64,000 nucleotides of DNA from an archaeon (lineage in GTDB: Archaea > Nanobdellota > Nanobdellia > Woesearchaeales > UBA9642): NCBI GenBank assembly GCA_043806035.1, contig JAZDHK010000033.1, forward strand, positions 33,003 to 97,002, in the 5' to 3' direction. Made by a program: the position numbers and the translations under genes. The notes beneath the pieces were generated by a model, which saw nothing but the letters and a program-made list of their open reading frames with translations, did not search any database and was not told where the DNA came from. Each line of letters begins with the position of its first letter. The first letter of the stretch is position 1. Shown here piece after piece: positions 24,362-33,232 of the stretch.

Positions 24362-25394
24362 TGACGAAGTCCGCAAGTGCAAGGAGCTTTTCTGGGCGTT
24401 TGAGCTGCGTGATTTCTTGCTTTGCTTCCGTCACTAATTGTTTGGCAGCATCTTGCGCAGCGATAAGCGCACGGTGCTTGAGCAGCAGGGCAACTGCCTC
24501 TTTTTTGAGTGCAGCATCAGTCGTATGCGTGCAGAGTATCTCGAGGAGTCGTTCTCTTTCTTCTGCTGTTGCTTTTTCGAGAGTGATGATGACGGGAAGG
24601 CTGAGTTTTCCTTCCGTGATGTCCTCTGCAGTGGTTTTTCCCCATGCTCGTGTGGGTTGTACGTTCATGATGTCATCCTGAATCTGGAATGCAACGCCAA
24701 TGACGTGCCCGAATTTTTCGAGAGCGGCAGTGTCATTTTTCGTCCCCCCTCCGATTATGGCACCTAGTTGTGCTGCGATGGAGGAGAGCATGCCTGTCTT
24801 GAGCATGCACATGTGCAAATATTGTTCCTTGCTTATCCTTCCCGGATGGTTGTGCCAATAAATGTCCATCGCCTGACCAAGATGCAATTTCATCGTCCCG
24901 GTGGTGACGACATCATACAGTCTGGCTCGTACGGATGCAGGGTAGCCAAGGAGGGGTTGGTATGCGAGGAAGTATAATGCATTCCCTGCATTAATGGCAA
25001 TGTCCTCACCGTACAGTTTGTGAATGGCAGGCTTACCTCTTCTCAGTTCGCTCTTGTCTTCCATGTCATCGATGATGAGGCTGCCGTTATGGATGAGTTC
25101 GACGACGGGGACGAAAGGCAAGATTTTTGGGAGCATTTCCTTTTCGTCCTTTCCCGAGACGGCGCACGCGGCCATGAGCAGGAGTGCCGGACGCCACATC
25201 TTTCCCCCTCTGTCAAGAAGGTCATAACAGGGCTTGCTAATCGCTTCCGTCAAGGCATGCGTGTCCGCTTGCGTGCCGTATTTCGGCTCGTGCAGTTGCT
25301 TGAGCCACCCTTCGGTCATTTTTCTCGGCAAGGCGTCCTCTGACGCTTTCTTGAATGCCGGACGGTACTGTTCGAGATAGGCAACGATGTCCAC
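24345..25394 (-). CDS. polyprenyl (geranylgeranyl) diphosphate synthase
   Basis: First Asp-rich motif LIIDDMEDKSELRRG and second motif FQIQDDIMN. Confidence 0.88.
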   Translation of the reverse strand: MDIVAYLEQYRPAFKKASEDALPRKMTEGWLKQLHEPKYGTQADTHALTEAISKPCYDLLDRGGKMWRPALLLMAACAVSGKDEKEMLPKILPFVPVVELIHNGSLIIDDMEDKSELRRGKPAIHKLYGEDIAINAGNALYFLAYQPLLGYPASVRARLYDVVTTGTMKLHLGQAMDIYWHNHPGRISKEQYLHMCMLKTGMLSSIAAQLGAIIGGGTKNDTAALEKFGHVIGVAFQIQDDIMNVQPTRAWGKTTAEDITEGKLSLPVIITLEKATAEERERLLEILCTHTTDAALKKEAVALLLKHRALIAAQDAAKQLVTEAKQEITQLKRPEKLLALADFVIKRSV

Positions 25395-25402
25395 AGTACG
25401 TG

Positions 25403-25852
25403 TTAAGCAAGGGGTGTTTTAAAAAGATTGTTGATAACTTGCGAATGCAAGGGATGGACGTTTTTGCTAGGGCTTTTTCGTAACCAGTGTACACTCGTGA
25501 TCTCCTCTCCAGGAGAAGGGGTGTGTTCGTCGGTGCTCACGATGAAGAAAAGCAAGGTCTTATTGAAGTATTGATTAAGATCATCTGCATAGAACAGAGC
25601 ATGTTGTTTTGCAACCAGTCGTCCTGGCGCGATTCGCAGTCCTGTTTCTTCGAAGAATTCTCTTGTGAGTGCTTCCTCGTTTGATTCACCAATTTCCCGT
25701 GTTCCTCCAGGGAATTCCCATAGTGAAGACCATTTGCATTTTACAACGAGCAGTTTATTGTTCTGTACAAGAATGCCATATACTGATGTACTCTCTTTCG
25801 GAGTTATGTTTCTTGGTAACTGATGCAGTTTTCCTCTCCTGTCAGCATACAT
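25403..25852 (-). CDS. NUDIX hydrolase
   Basis: Nudix box GGTREIGESNEEALTREFFEETG. Confidence 0.85.
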   Translation of the reverse strand: MYADRRGKLHQLPRNITPKESTSVYGILVQNNKLLVVKCKWSSLWEFPGGTREIGESNEEALTREFFEETGLRIAPGRLVAKQHALFYADDLNQYFNKTLLFFIVSTDEHTPSPGEEITSVHWLRKSPSKNVHPLHSQVINNLFKTPLA

Positions 25853-25919
25853 GTTTGTGCGTTTTCTTTTTTTGTTTAAAAAACAAACCTTTTTAAGACG
25901 TGTCGAATTAGCTGCAAGT

Positions 25920-26185
25920 GTAGGCTAGGCCGGGGTGTTCATCCTACCTTGTGACCGCAAACGGATGTCGGCGGGGCTGAAGCAGGAGAGAGGCTTCCTG
26001 CAGTGCAAGAAGTCTTGGTGCAACCGTCGAGGCTCTGTCCTCTTCGGCCGGCACTGTAGCCAACCGGGTCAGGGCAGGAATGCAGCAGCCCTCCGTTATG
26101 GAGTCGGTGCTTTGAGGGTCGCGGAGCGGAGGAACCATCAAGGGCACTTCTCGTTCTGTGTGCTGTCCATTTCCTGCGGCCTACA
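25920..26185 (+). ncRNA. ffs: archaeal signal recognition particle RNA (7S/SRP RNA)
   Basis: 5' GTAGGCTAGGCCGGGG pairs with 3' CGGCCTAC. The helix-8 motif GGTCAGGGCAGGAATGCAGCAGCC resembles the universal GGUCAGGUCCGGAAGGAAGCAGCC. The 5' domain resembles Pyrococcus-type SRP RNA. No coding potential. A T-run follows, and a TTTTTAAG box lies about 25 nt upstream. Confidence 0.88.
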
Positions 26186-26200
26186 TTTTTCGGCGAGAAC

Positions 26201-26665
26201 ATGACCGATCTCCAAAAACTAATGGATTCTCGACTATTGTTTTTAACTCAAGCAGAACCCATTATTGATGCATCCCTTTTTCGTGAACGCGTGCGTTCTT
26301 TGTTGAGCAGTCCTGAACGTGGAAGATATGTGCGGCATGCGCAGGATACTGATCCGAGCAATTGCTTTGGCACGACACTGTACATTGTAGGTTCACTTCC
26401 TACTCCTCGTTTTGTGCACGGGGACAAACTGAGCAGATGTCTTGAACAAAACAGTTTATCAAAAAAGAAACCCGATAGCATCATTGCATTATTTGACGAA
26501 GAACATTTGCTGCACACTGGCGTTTATCTCGGTGATTGTGCGCAAGGGGGCGTTGTCATTCACCAACCAGATACGGGAGAGGATTATGCAGTAGACCCTC
26601 TAGAAGCAATGTGCTTTCTCTATCCTGCAACGAGGAAAGAATTCTACACGTTCAGAACTTCTTAA
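26201..26665 (+). CDS. hypothetical protein, possible papain-like (NlpC/P60-type) Cys/His fold
   Basis: ORF. NCFGTTLY (candidate nucleophile Cys) and LLHTGVYLG (candidate His). The assignment is weak. Confidence 0.45.
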   Translation: MTDLQKLMDSRLLFLTQAEPIIDASLFRERVRSLLSSPERGRYVRHAQDTDPSNCFGTTLYIVGSLPTPRFVHGDKLSRCLEQNSLSKKKPDSIIALFDEEHLLHTGVYLGDCAQGGVVIHQPDTGEDYAVDPLEAMCFLYPATRKEFYTFRTS

Positions 26666-26849
26666 ACTTCGCACTCGTATCGATGAGGTCGACGTGCCCT
26701 AAGAATATTGCTCGGCAGCAGTACCGTTCAAGCCCCAACGCGTCCATGATCTTTTTGCGGTCCTCGCCTGCCTTGACCTTCTCCAAGTAGTCTTCCCAGA
26801 GGTGGCCAATGGGTTTTCCGCAACTCATGCAACGAACGGGAATGATCAT
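26652..26849 (-). CDS. rpoN: DNA-directed RNA polymerase subunit N (Rpo10)
   Basis: MIIPVRCMSCGKPIG...ERYCCR Zn-binding signature, 65 aa. Only the 3' third of the listed 209-aa ORF is real. Confidence 0.92.
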   Translation of the reverse strand: MIIPVRCMSCGKPIGHLWEDYLEKVKAGEDRKKIMDALGLERYCCRAIFLGHVDLIDTSAKFKKF

Positions 26850-26860
26850 GTGCTTCACCT

Positions 26861-27256
26861 CTAACGATAACTCTTCTGGGTCTTTGCCCGGGCACGTCCG
26901 TGGCTGTTTGGTTTGTGTGTTTCCTTGCGTCGGACGTCGGCGACCAGTAGTTGTCTGTCGTATTCCAAAAATGTTTCTTTGAGTTTGCTGTTGTTCTCTA
27001 CGAGTGCTCGTGCGATGGCGAGGCGTACTGCCTCTGCCTGTGAATTGTAACCGCCGCCGGTGACGTTGACGTCGATGTTCAGCTTGCTTGCCACGTCCTT
27101 GGCGAGCATGAGCGGTTCCATGATTTTTAGTTGAGACAGTGCGGGCGTGAGGTGTTCGAGGAGATTGTTGTTGATGCGTACCTTGCCCGTTCCCGGATAT
27201 GCGGTCGCTCGTGCAATGGCTCGCTTTCTTTTTCCTGAAGTGATGATGACTTTCAT
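26861..27256 (-). CDS. rps9: 30S ribosomal protein uS9
   Basis: GKRKRAIARA ... C-terminal KSYR. Confidence 0.95.
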   Translation of the reverse strand: MKVIITSGKRKRAIARATAYPGTGKVRINNNLLEHLTPALSQLKIMEPLMLAKDVASKLNIDVNVTGGGYNSQAEAVRLAIARALVENNSKLKETFLEYDRQLLVADVRRKETHKPNSHGRARAKTQKSYR

Positions 27257-27678
27257 GCTTTTCCACCCATGTGCTGTGCAATCTCCCCTAAGGTGACGTA
27301 CTTGGTCTTTTTGACTTTGTTCACATCGCTGCCGGGCACCTTCACGGCATCTTTAGTGTCGGTATTTGCGGGAATGGTCACGTAGCATTTGATTCTGCGT
27401 AGGGCTGCATACCCTTTCGGCTGGTGATGAGGAAGCATGCCTCGAATAATGCGTTTCATCAACCTGTCGGGGCTTCTGATGAAGAACGGGCCTTTGCGTA
27501 TCTGACCCATGCTTGCCTTGCGCTCGTACGCTGCGAAGATGTTCTCTTTCGTTCCCGTGATGACTGCAGCCTTGCAGTTGATGACGGCAATGGTTTCTCC
27601 GAGCAGTGCCTGCTTTGCTGCAAAGCCAGCCACCCTGCCTACAATTGCGTGTTGTGCGTCGATAATCATGGTGTTCAT
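27253..27678 (-). CDS. rpl13: 50S ribosomal protein uL13
   Basis: IDAQHAIVGRVA..., ATGA-type overlap with neighbours. Confidence 0.95.
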   Translation of the reverse strand: MNTMIIDAQHAIVGRVAGFAAKQALLGETIAVINCKAAVITGTKENIFAAYERKASMGQIRKGPFFIRSPDRLMKRIIRGMLPHHQPKGYAALRRIKCYVTIPANTDTKDAVKVPGSDVNKVKKTKYVTLGEIAQHMGGKA

Positions 27679-28022
27679 CCGATGATGCGTATTTTTTTTC
27701 CGTCAGGGCTCTTCTTCATGAGTTCGCTGATCGTTATTGCTTTTCCTTTCTCATTGATCTTTTTCTCTGCAGTCTCCGAGAAGCTAAGTGCGGCGATGGT
27801 GACGGCATGGTCGAGGTCACCGCTGCTCAAGACTTTGCCAGGGACAACGACTGTCTCTTCGGGCGCGCTGTGGACGTTGATCCGCGAGAGGTTGACGACG
27901 CAGCGTTGGCGCGTTGGCTTCTCGAGATCAGTAGCTAGACGCTTCCACAAGTCTGCTTTTTGCTCTATCGCAAGCACTTTTAAGCCCGTGATGAGTTCCG
28001 TCAGTTGGTTGTTGTCTTTCAT
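27675..28022 (-). CDS. rpl18e: 50S ribosomal protein eL18 (L18e)
   Basis: Position in the conserved archaeal L18e-L13-S9-RpoN block. VVVPGKVLSSG motif. Confidence 0.9.
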   Translation of the reverse strand: MKDNNQLTELITGLKVLAIEQKADLWKRLATDLEKPTRQRCVVNLSRINVHSAPEETVVVPGKVLSSGDLDHAVTIAALSFSETAEKKINEKGKAITISELMKKSPDGKKIRIIG

Positions 28023-28029
28023 GTTCTAT

Positions 28030-28115
28030 TGCGGGGGACGGGATTCGAACCCGCGCAGCCACTAAGGCATACGGCCCTCAACCGTACTCTTTTGACCAGA
28101 CTCGGACACCCCCGC
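28030..28115 (-). tRNA. tRNA-Leu (anticodon GAG)
   Basis: GCGGGGG acceptor, anticodon arm TACGG-TTGAGGG-CCGTA, long variable arm, T arm GCGGG-TTCGAAT-CCCGT. No encoded CCA. Confidence 0.9.
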
Positions 28116-28121
28116 AGGGTA

Positions 28122-28739
28122 TCATTCCTTATCAAGGTCTTTACTGAGCTCTATGACTGTGTCGAGCTGCTCGTCGAACATCTTGAGTGCTGCGAGCAGG
28201 ATGTCTTTCGCGGGAAGCTGTCCCCATGATTCGAGGGTGAACGTGTACGTGGTGCCTTGCTGCGTGTACCAGGCAAGTCCAGAGTCCCATTTTGCGTGTG
28301 TTTTTCCCTTGCCGAGAATGGCAATGGCTTCGAACTGCAGTTCTTGATCATCAAGGAGTTTAACAATTGGCGTTTTTGGATAAACGGGCTTGATTGCAGG
28401 ATCCTTGCTCTTCAGATCCTTCGCATACACCGTCCCCGGTCCTTTTGCTGAAAGCACGAACTTGACCATGGCGTTGTTGACGAACTCATCCCCTTTATGA
28501 TCAACGGGAAGCAATTGGTAGCCTTTCAAGTCAGTAGTGAGTGCGAGCAGGCCGACACGATGTGCAATAATCTCATCATACAGGATGCTGCTGTTCTTTT
28601 TCATCTCAACATCATCTATAGCCATGACAGGAACTTCCTTCGTCGCGAGACGTCTCAGCGCATTCATGTATGATGGGGTGGCATCAGTAATGGTGAACGT
28701 TATTTTTTCAGGAGTCCCTTTCACAAGTTCTGCTTTCAT
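28122..28739 (-). CDS. rpoD: DNA-directed RNA polymerase subunit D (Rpo3)
   Basis: [42 protein letters not shown]. Start chosen at the ATGA overlap with the S11 stop. Confidence 0.9.
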   Translation of the reverse strand: MKAELVKGTPEKITFTITDATPSYMNALRRLATKEVPVMAIDDVEMKKNSSILYDEIIAHRVGLLALTTDLKGYQLLPVDHKGDEFVNNAMVKFVLSAKGPGTVYAKDLKSKDPAIKPVYPKTPIVKLLDDQELQFEAIAILGKGKTHAKWDSGLAWYTQQGTTYTFTLESWGQLPAKDILLAALKMFDEQLDTVIELSKDLDKE

Positions 28740-29155
28740 ACGCGTCTGCCCCGTTTTCCTTTGCTTTTTCTGCACGTATCGTGCGGTGCAGGAGTCACTT
28801 CTTCAATACTACCTATACGCAAACCCATCCTGGAAAGGCTCCTGACCGCTGCCTGCGCTCCAGGACCAGGATTGTGCGGGCCGTTCTGACCACCTGGCGC
28901 TTTGATCTTGACGTGGATACCCATGATGCCTTTTTCCAGAGCAATTTCGCCAGCCTTCTTTGCTGCATTCATGGCGGCGACAGGAGAACTCTCAAGCCTG
29001 TCCGCCTTGACAACTTGCCCGCCGCTCGTCCGCGCTATGCTCTCCGTCCCAGTTATATCTGTGATGTGGATGATGGTGTTATTGTAACTTGAGTAAATAT
29101 GGCATATGCCCCACCTGCCGCCTTCTGCCCTTTGGAACGACTGTTGCGGCCTCAT
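28736..29155 (-). CDS. rps11: 30S ribosomal protein uS11
   Basis: [21 protein letters not shown]... Confidence 0.95.
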   Translation of the reverse strand: MRPQQSFQRAEGGRWGICHIYSSYNNTIIHITDITGTESIARTSGGQVVKADRLESSPVAAMNAAKKAGEIALEKGIMGIHVKIKAPGGQNGPHNPGPGAQAAVRSLSRMGLRIGSIEEVTPAPHDTCRKSKGKRGRRV

Positions 29156-29772
29156 GTTCTTCTCCTCCTCTTGCCTGGCCGTTTCTTTGGCATGCTCTCT
29201 TCCTTCTTTTTTGCCACTTGTTCCTGGGCTTCCAACGTGTTCTTCTGCACGAGTTCTGACTTGTTGGAGCGTTCAGGGTGGTCTTCGCGAGTGAACGGGC
29301 TCGTGGTCATGAATTGCAGGGAATGCTCTTCGTCTGTCCTGACGAGATAACTTGGCGAGGTTGTCTTGTTGCCATTGATGAGGATGTGGCCGTGCGTGAT
29401 GAACTGCCGTGCTTGTTTCATGCTCCTCGCGAGTCCTTTTCTGAAGACGAGGGTTTGCAGTCTGCGTTCCATGACGTCCTTGAGTGCGATGCCCAATGCG
29501 TCATCGACTTCTTGTTCTTGCTGCAATAATCCTAGAGAAACGAGTTTTTGCTTGAGTTGCGCAGTTTCTTTTTCTGCCTGGCTGCCCGTTAGTGGCGTGA
29601 GTTTCTTGACCTGGTCCTTGATTCGTTTGAGGATGGTGGCCATCTTGTAGAGTTCTGTCTTGTTAACCGTTCCATAGGTGCGTGCAATACTCCTTTCTTC
29701 CTCGATGCGCGCCTTGTTCCACGGGTGCATCGGTGTTTCGTACTTCTTCTTTGGTTTTTTTGCATGACCCAT
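29152..29772 (-). CDS. rps4: 30S ribosomal protein uS4
   Basis: [19 protein letters not shown]4 domain. Lys/Arg-rich C-terminal extension. Confidence 0.93.
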   Translation of the reverse strand: MGHAKKPKKKYETPMHPWNKARIEEERSIARTYGTVNKTELYKMATILKRIKDQVKKLTPLTGSQAEKETAQLKQKLVSLGLLQQEQEVDDALGIALKDVMERRLQTLVFRKGLARSMKQARQFITHGHILINGNKTTSPSYLVRTDEEHSLQFMTTSPFTREDHPERSNKSELVQKNTLEAQEQVAKKKEESMPKKRPGKRRRRT

Positions 29773-29774
29773 GA

Positions 29775-30269
29775 TTACTTACGCTCCATGCCTCTCCTTT
29801 TGCCGCCTATGCCTTGCACTTTTCCTTTGTTTCTTCTGAAATTGGATTTTGTCCTCTGACCCCGGACAGGCAGTCCCCACTGGTGCCTGAGTCCTTTGTA
29901 TGATTTTATCTTCTTCATGCGTTTCATATCATTGTCCTTGGTAAAATCAAGGTCTGCAGTGATAAGGTGCATGTTTTCTCCTGTTTCGTAGTCCATGCGC
30001 CTGTTGAGCATCCATGTGGGTATGCCGTTTTGCAATGGCTTTTTGATGATGGTTTCTAGTTTGTCCACATCTTCCTGCGTGAGCGTTCCTGTCTTTTTCG
30101 TCTTGGAAATGCCCGAGATGGTGCAGATTGCATTGGCGTACATGACGCTGATGCCTTTAATCTTCTGCAAGGCTTGCAGTAGCGGCTTTTCACCTATAAG
30201 ATCGGTATTCACGACTCTGACAAGGTGCCGCACTTCTTGCTTTACGTCCTGTTTTGCTTCTGGTGCCAT
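29775..30269 (-). CDS. rps13: 30S ribosomal protein uS13
   Basis: VRVVNTDLIGEKPLLQALQKIKGI... RGQRTKSN. Confidence 0.95.
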   Translation of the reverse strand: MAPEAKQDVKQEVRHLVRVVNTDLIGEKPLLQALQKIKGISVMYANAICTISGISKTKKTGTLTQEDVDKLETIIKKPLQNGIPTWMLNRRMDYETGENMHLITADLDFTKDNDMKRMKKIKSYKGLRHQWGLPVRGQRTKSNFRRNKGKVQGIGGKRRGMERK

Positions 30270-30375
30270 GGTAATATCGCTCGAGAATCACACAGCCCTA
30301 TACTACGCGTGAACTCGGGCTTTTTTGGAAAGAATGCCGAACCATTTATAAAGCTTCTGGTCGCTCTTTTATGGC

Positions 30376-31155
30376 ATGGTTGTGGAAAAGACGGAAGAGA
30401 CACCACCTTTACGCGAATGTGTAGAGATGGACCAGCACTTCATGCGCGACAAAGAACTGCTCAAACGCATTGCAAGTGCCGTTGCCATTTCAGGGAAGGA
30501 CGTCATAGAAGTTGGTTTCGGACACGGTGAGCTCACTGGGGAATTGCTAAAAAAAAAGCCAGCGAGACTGCTTGCCATAGAAAAAGAGCAGTCGTTCAAA
30601 CTCACTTCTGCCGTCTCTGATAATCCTTTGCTGGTAGTGCAGTATGGCAATGCCTTGCAAGTACTTAAAACAATGCATGCAGACGTACTCATCGGAAACA
30701 TCCCGTACGGCATCAGCGAGCCGTTGCTCAAAGTGTGCATCAAGCATCCATTCCCCGGCATTGTGCTCGTCACCAGTCATGCATTCGCAGAAGGGCTCGT
30801 GCACGGATCTTCCAAGACTGCATTGCTCGCCCGTGCCGTGTATGCGTGCGAAATAGCGTTCACCATTTCTCCTGATGCGTTCTATCCTCGACCTCACACG
30901 AGGTCTGCATTGCTGGTCTTGCATAAGAAGAATGAGCAAATGAAACTGGATGTGGTGCTTGAGCGTATGGCCTGTCGTGATGCCAAGAAAATACTGCCGG
31001 CAGTGCAGGATGCGGCGCGAGAATTCTTGACGAAAAAACAAGTCAAGGAATTGCTGCGCGTGCTGCCAGAGCGATTGCTGCAGAAATCGCTGTCACAGTT
31101 GACGAACGAGGAGTTTCTTCTCTTGCATGCCGTGTTAGAAAAAAAGTTAGGCTAG
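30376..31155 (+). CDS. rsmA: 16S rRNA dimethyladenosine transferase (KsgA/Dim1)
   Basis: DQHFMRD, VIEVGFGHGELT, GNIPYGISEPLL. A TTTATAAA box lies about 25 nt upstream. Confidence 0.9.
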   Translation: MVVEKTEETPPLRECVEMDQHFMRDKELLKRIASAVAISGKDVIEVGFGHGELTGELLKKKPARLLAIEKEQSFKLTSAVSDNPLLVVQYGNALQVLKTMHADVLIGNIPYGISEPLLKVCIKHPFPGIVLVTSHAFAEGLVHGSSKTALLARAVYACEIAFTISPDAFYPRPHTRSALLVLHKKNEQMKLDVVLERMACRDAKKILPAVQDAAREFLTKKQVKELLRVLPERLLQKSLSQLTNEEFLLLHAVLEKKLG

Positions 31156-32313
31156 CTTCACTATCTTTTTCAGCGTCTCGGCAAAGGTGTCAATATCTTC
31201 ATCCGTGTTGTACACATACAGGCTTGCGCGCACGCTGCCCTGCAATTTGTTGGCATTGAACCAGGAATGCACGCAATGCGCCCCCGAACGTACGAGGATG
31301 TTGTGCTCGTTCAGCAGCAAGGCGACGGTGTGATTGTCCATGCCATTGATGTTGAAGCTGAAGATGCCCGCGCGCAATGCAGGGTTCTTTGGGCCGAGCA
31401 GCGAGATCTTCTCTGAACTCAATGTGTTGCTGAGCCGTTCGTTGAGGCGTTGCTCATGCCGCATTATGGTATCCATGCCTATCCTGTTTAGGTAGTCGAA
31501 CGCTGCCTTCATGCCAGTGATGCCTGCATAATTTTGTAAGCCTGCCTCAAAACGAAAAGGAATCTTGTCATAGTGTACGCTCGTGTATGTGGAGTCGAGT
31601 GCCGTTCCCCCTCCCGTCATGAAGGGATTGAGTTTCTCGAGCAATTCTTTTTTCCCGTACAAGAACCCGACGCCCGTAGGTCCGAGCATCTTGTGTCCTG
31701 ATACGGCCATGAAATCAACATCAAGTTTCTTTACATCTATTGCTTGGTGTGGGGCAGACTGTGCAGCATCGGAAAGAACGAGGGCGCCGACCTTGTGTGC
31801 CTCTTTGATGATTTCTTTGAGCGGGACGCTCGTCCCGTCCAGATTGGTGGTTTGGCAGACAGCGACGACTTTCGCCGTTTTTACTTTCTTGAGGAATGCA
31901 TCCATGTCAAACTGTCCGTTTTTGGAAGGAACGATGTCATGCCTGCATCCCGTCTGCAGCCAGGGGAGAAGGTTGGAATTGTGCTCCTTATCCGTCGTCA
32001 AGACAACATCATCTTTTTTCAGGCCGAGGCTCCTGGCGACAAGATTGATGCTTTCCGTCGCATTCTTTGTGAAGACTATTTCTTCAGGACGGGCATGCCA
32101 GAATTTTGCTGCGCACGCCCGTGTCTCATCCGTTTTTTGCTCGACTAGTTCCCCGAGTTTGTGCTGGCTTCTCCCCGCACAGGCAGGATAGTTCTCATAA
32201 TACTCAGTTATTGCTGCAATGACTTGTTTTGGCTTGAGGCTCATGCAGGCACTGTCGAGGTAGATGTATTTGGAAAGCAGAGGAAAGTCCTCGCGCAGCT
32301 TAGGATGTAGCAT
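31147..32313 (-). CDS. cysteine desulfurase (class V aminotransferase, second copy)
   Basis: AVSGHKMLGPTGVGFLYGK (PLP Lys) and RSGAHCVH. Start set at the internal Met (MLHPKLREDFPLL) to avoid a 77-nt overlap. Confidence 0.88.
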   Translation of the reverse strand: MLHPKLREDFPLLSKYIYLDSACMSLKPKQVIAAITEYYENYPACAGRSQHKLGELVEQKTDETRACAAKFWHARPEEIVFTKNATESINLVARSLGLKKDDVVLTTDKEHNSNLLPWLQTGCRHDIVPSKNGQFDMDAFLKKVKTAKVVAVCQTTNLDGTSVPLKEIIKEAHKVGALVLSDAAQSAPHQAIDVKKLDVDFMAVSGHKMLGPTGVGFLYGKKELLEKLNPFMTGGGTALDSTYTSVHYDKIPFRFEAGLQNYAGITGMKAAFDYLNRIGMDTIMRHEQRLNERLSNTLSSEKISLLGPKNPALRAGIFSFNINGMDNHTVALLLNEHNILVRSGAHCVHSWFNANKLQGSVRASLYVYNTDEDIDTFAETLKKIVKLA

Positions 32314-33223
32314 TGTTTTCCTTGCGTGCTTCTTTGATGAGCTTGTCAAAGTCGCGAACGCCCTCGGGGCCAACAAGTATCCTGTCGTTTATAAAGAATG
32401 TGGGTGTCCCCTTGACTTCTGCCTTGATGCCATCATCAAAATCATGGAGGACTTCTGCCTGTGTGGCATTGGAGTCGAGGCATTGGATGAACGTTTTCGT
32501 ATCCATGCCCGCCTTTCCTGCCAAGAATTTCAGCGAGGTGCTGTTCAAATTGTTCCGGTTGTCGAAGACGAGTCGCCAGTACGGCCAGTACTTGTCCTGG
32601 AGCTTTGCGCATTCTGCAGCTTGGGCTGCGAGCATGCTGTTGTCGTGATTGTCGAGCGGGAAGTCACGGAAGACGATTTTGACATCAGGATATTTTTTTA
32701 TGAGTTCGTCAATGATGGGTACGGCTCGTTTTGTATACGGACAGCTCATGCATCCGAACACGATGATGGTGATGCTTGCATTCTCCTCTCCCAAGAATGC
32801 GTCGTCGTCTGTCGTAGGGTATTGGATGGGACCTGGGCTGTTCGATCCCGAGGGAAGATAGCTGCAACTCTGGCCTTCAGCATGGTCGAGGATGCAGAAC
32901 CCTCCTTGCTGGCCATTGCAATTCCCGTACGCCACAAAATTGAAGATGGCAAAAAGAGAATAGGCAAGACTGGCAAAGAGCAGTATGATAAAAATCCAGG
33001 AGAGCAGCTCGAATCGCTTGTACAGCCAGCCGCCCAGTTTGGCGTGCTTGGCCATGACCTTTCCCGTGAGCTGTGCCTTGAGCCGCTTATCCAGTCCCGT
33101 CTCGCATTTTTGCAAGGTGATGCGCTTGAACACGCATTCGAACGCTTCCTTGGCAATCTTTCTATACGTTGCACTGAATATGCCGAGTATGCCAAATACA
33201 ATGAATGCTAGGAGGCAAATCAT
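32300..33223 (-). CDS. membrane-anchored DsbA-like thiol:disulfide oxidoreductase
   Basis: Two N-terminal TM helices with flanking Cys. Thioredoxin-fold domain with FGCMSCPY (CxxC) and GTPTFFIN (cis-Pro loop region). Confidence 0.8.
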   Translation of the reverse strand: MICLLAFIVFGILGIFSATYRKIAKEAFECVFKRITLQKCETGLDKRLKAQLTGKVMAKHAKLGGWLYKRFELLSWIFIILLFASLAYSLFAIFNFVAYGNCNGQQGGFCILDHAEGQSCSYLPSGSNSPGPIQYPTTDDDAFLGEENASITIIVFGCMSCPYTKRAVPIIDELIKKYPDVKIVFRDFPLDNHDNSMLAAQAAECAKLQDKYWPYWRLVFDNRNNLNSTSLKFLAGKAGMDTKTFIQCLDSNATQAEVLHDFDDGIKAEVKGTPTFFINDRILVGPEGVRDFDKLIKEARKENNATS

Positions 33224-33232
33224 GTGCTTCCC

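Noticed and set aside
26652-27281. 209-aa ORF on the minus strand
   Set aside because: Only the last 65 codons (RpoN) are real. The upstream part is an out-of-frame overlap of the uS9 gene with an Arg/Gln/Thr-rich nonsense translation.
32264-33211. 315-aa plus-strand ORF
   Set aside because: It is antisense to the DsbA-like gene, which has clear thioredoxin-fold motifs. No motifs or signals support it.
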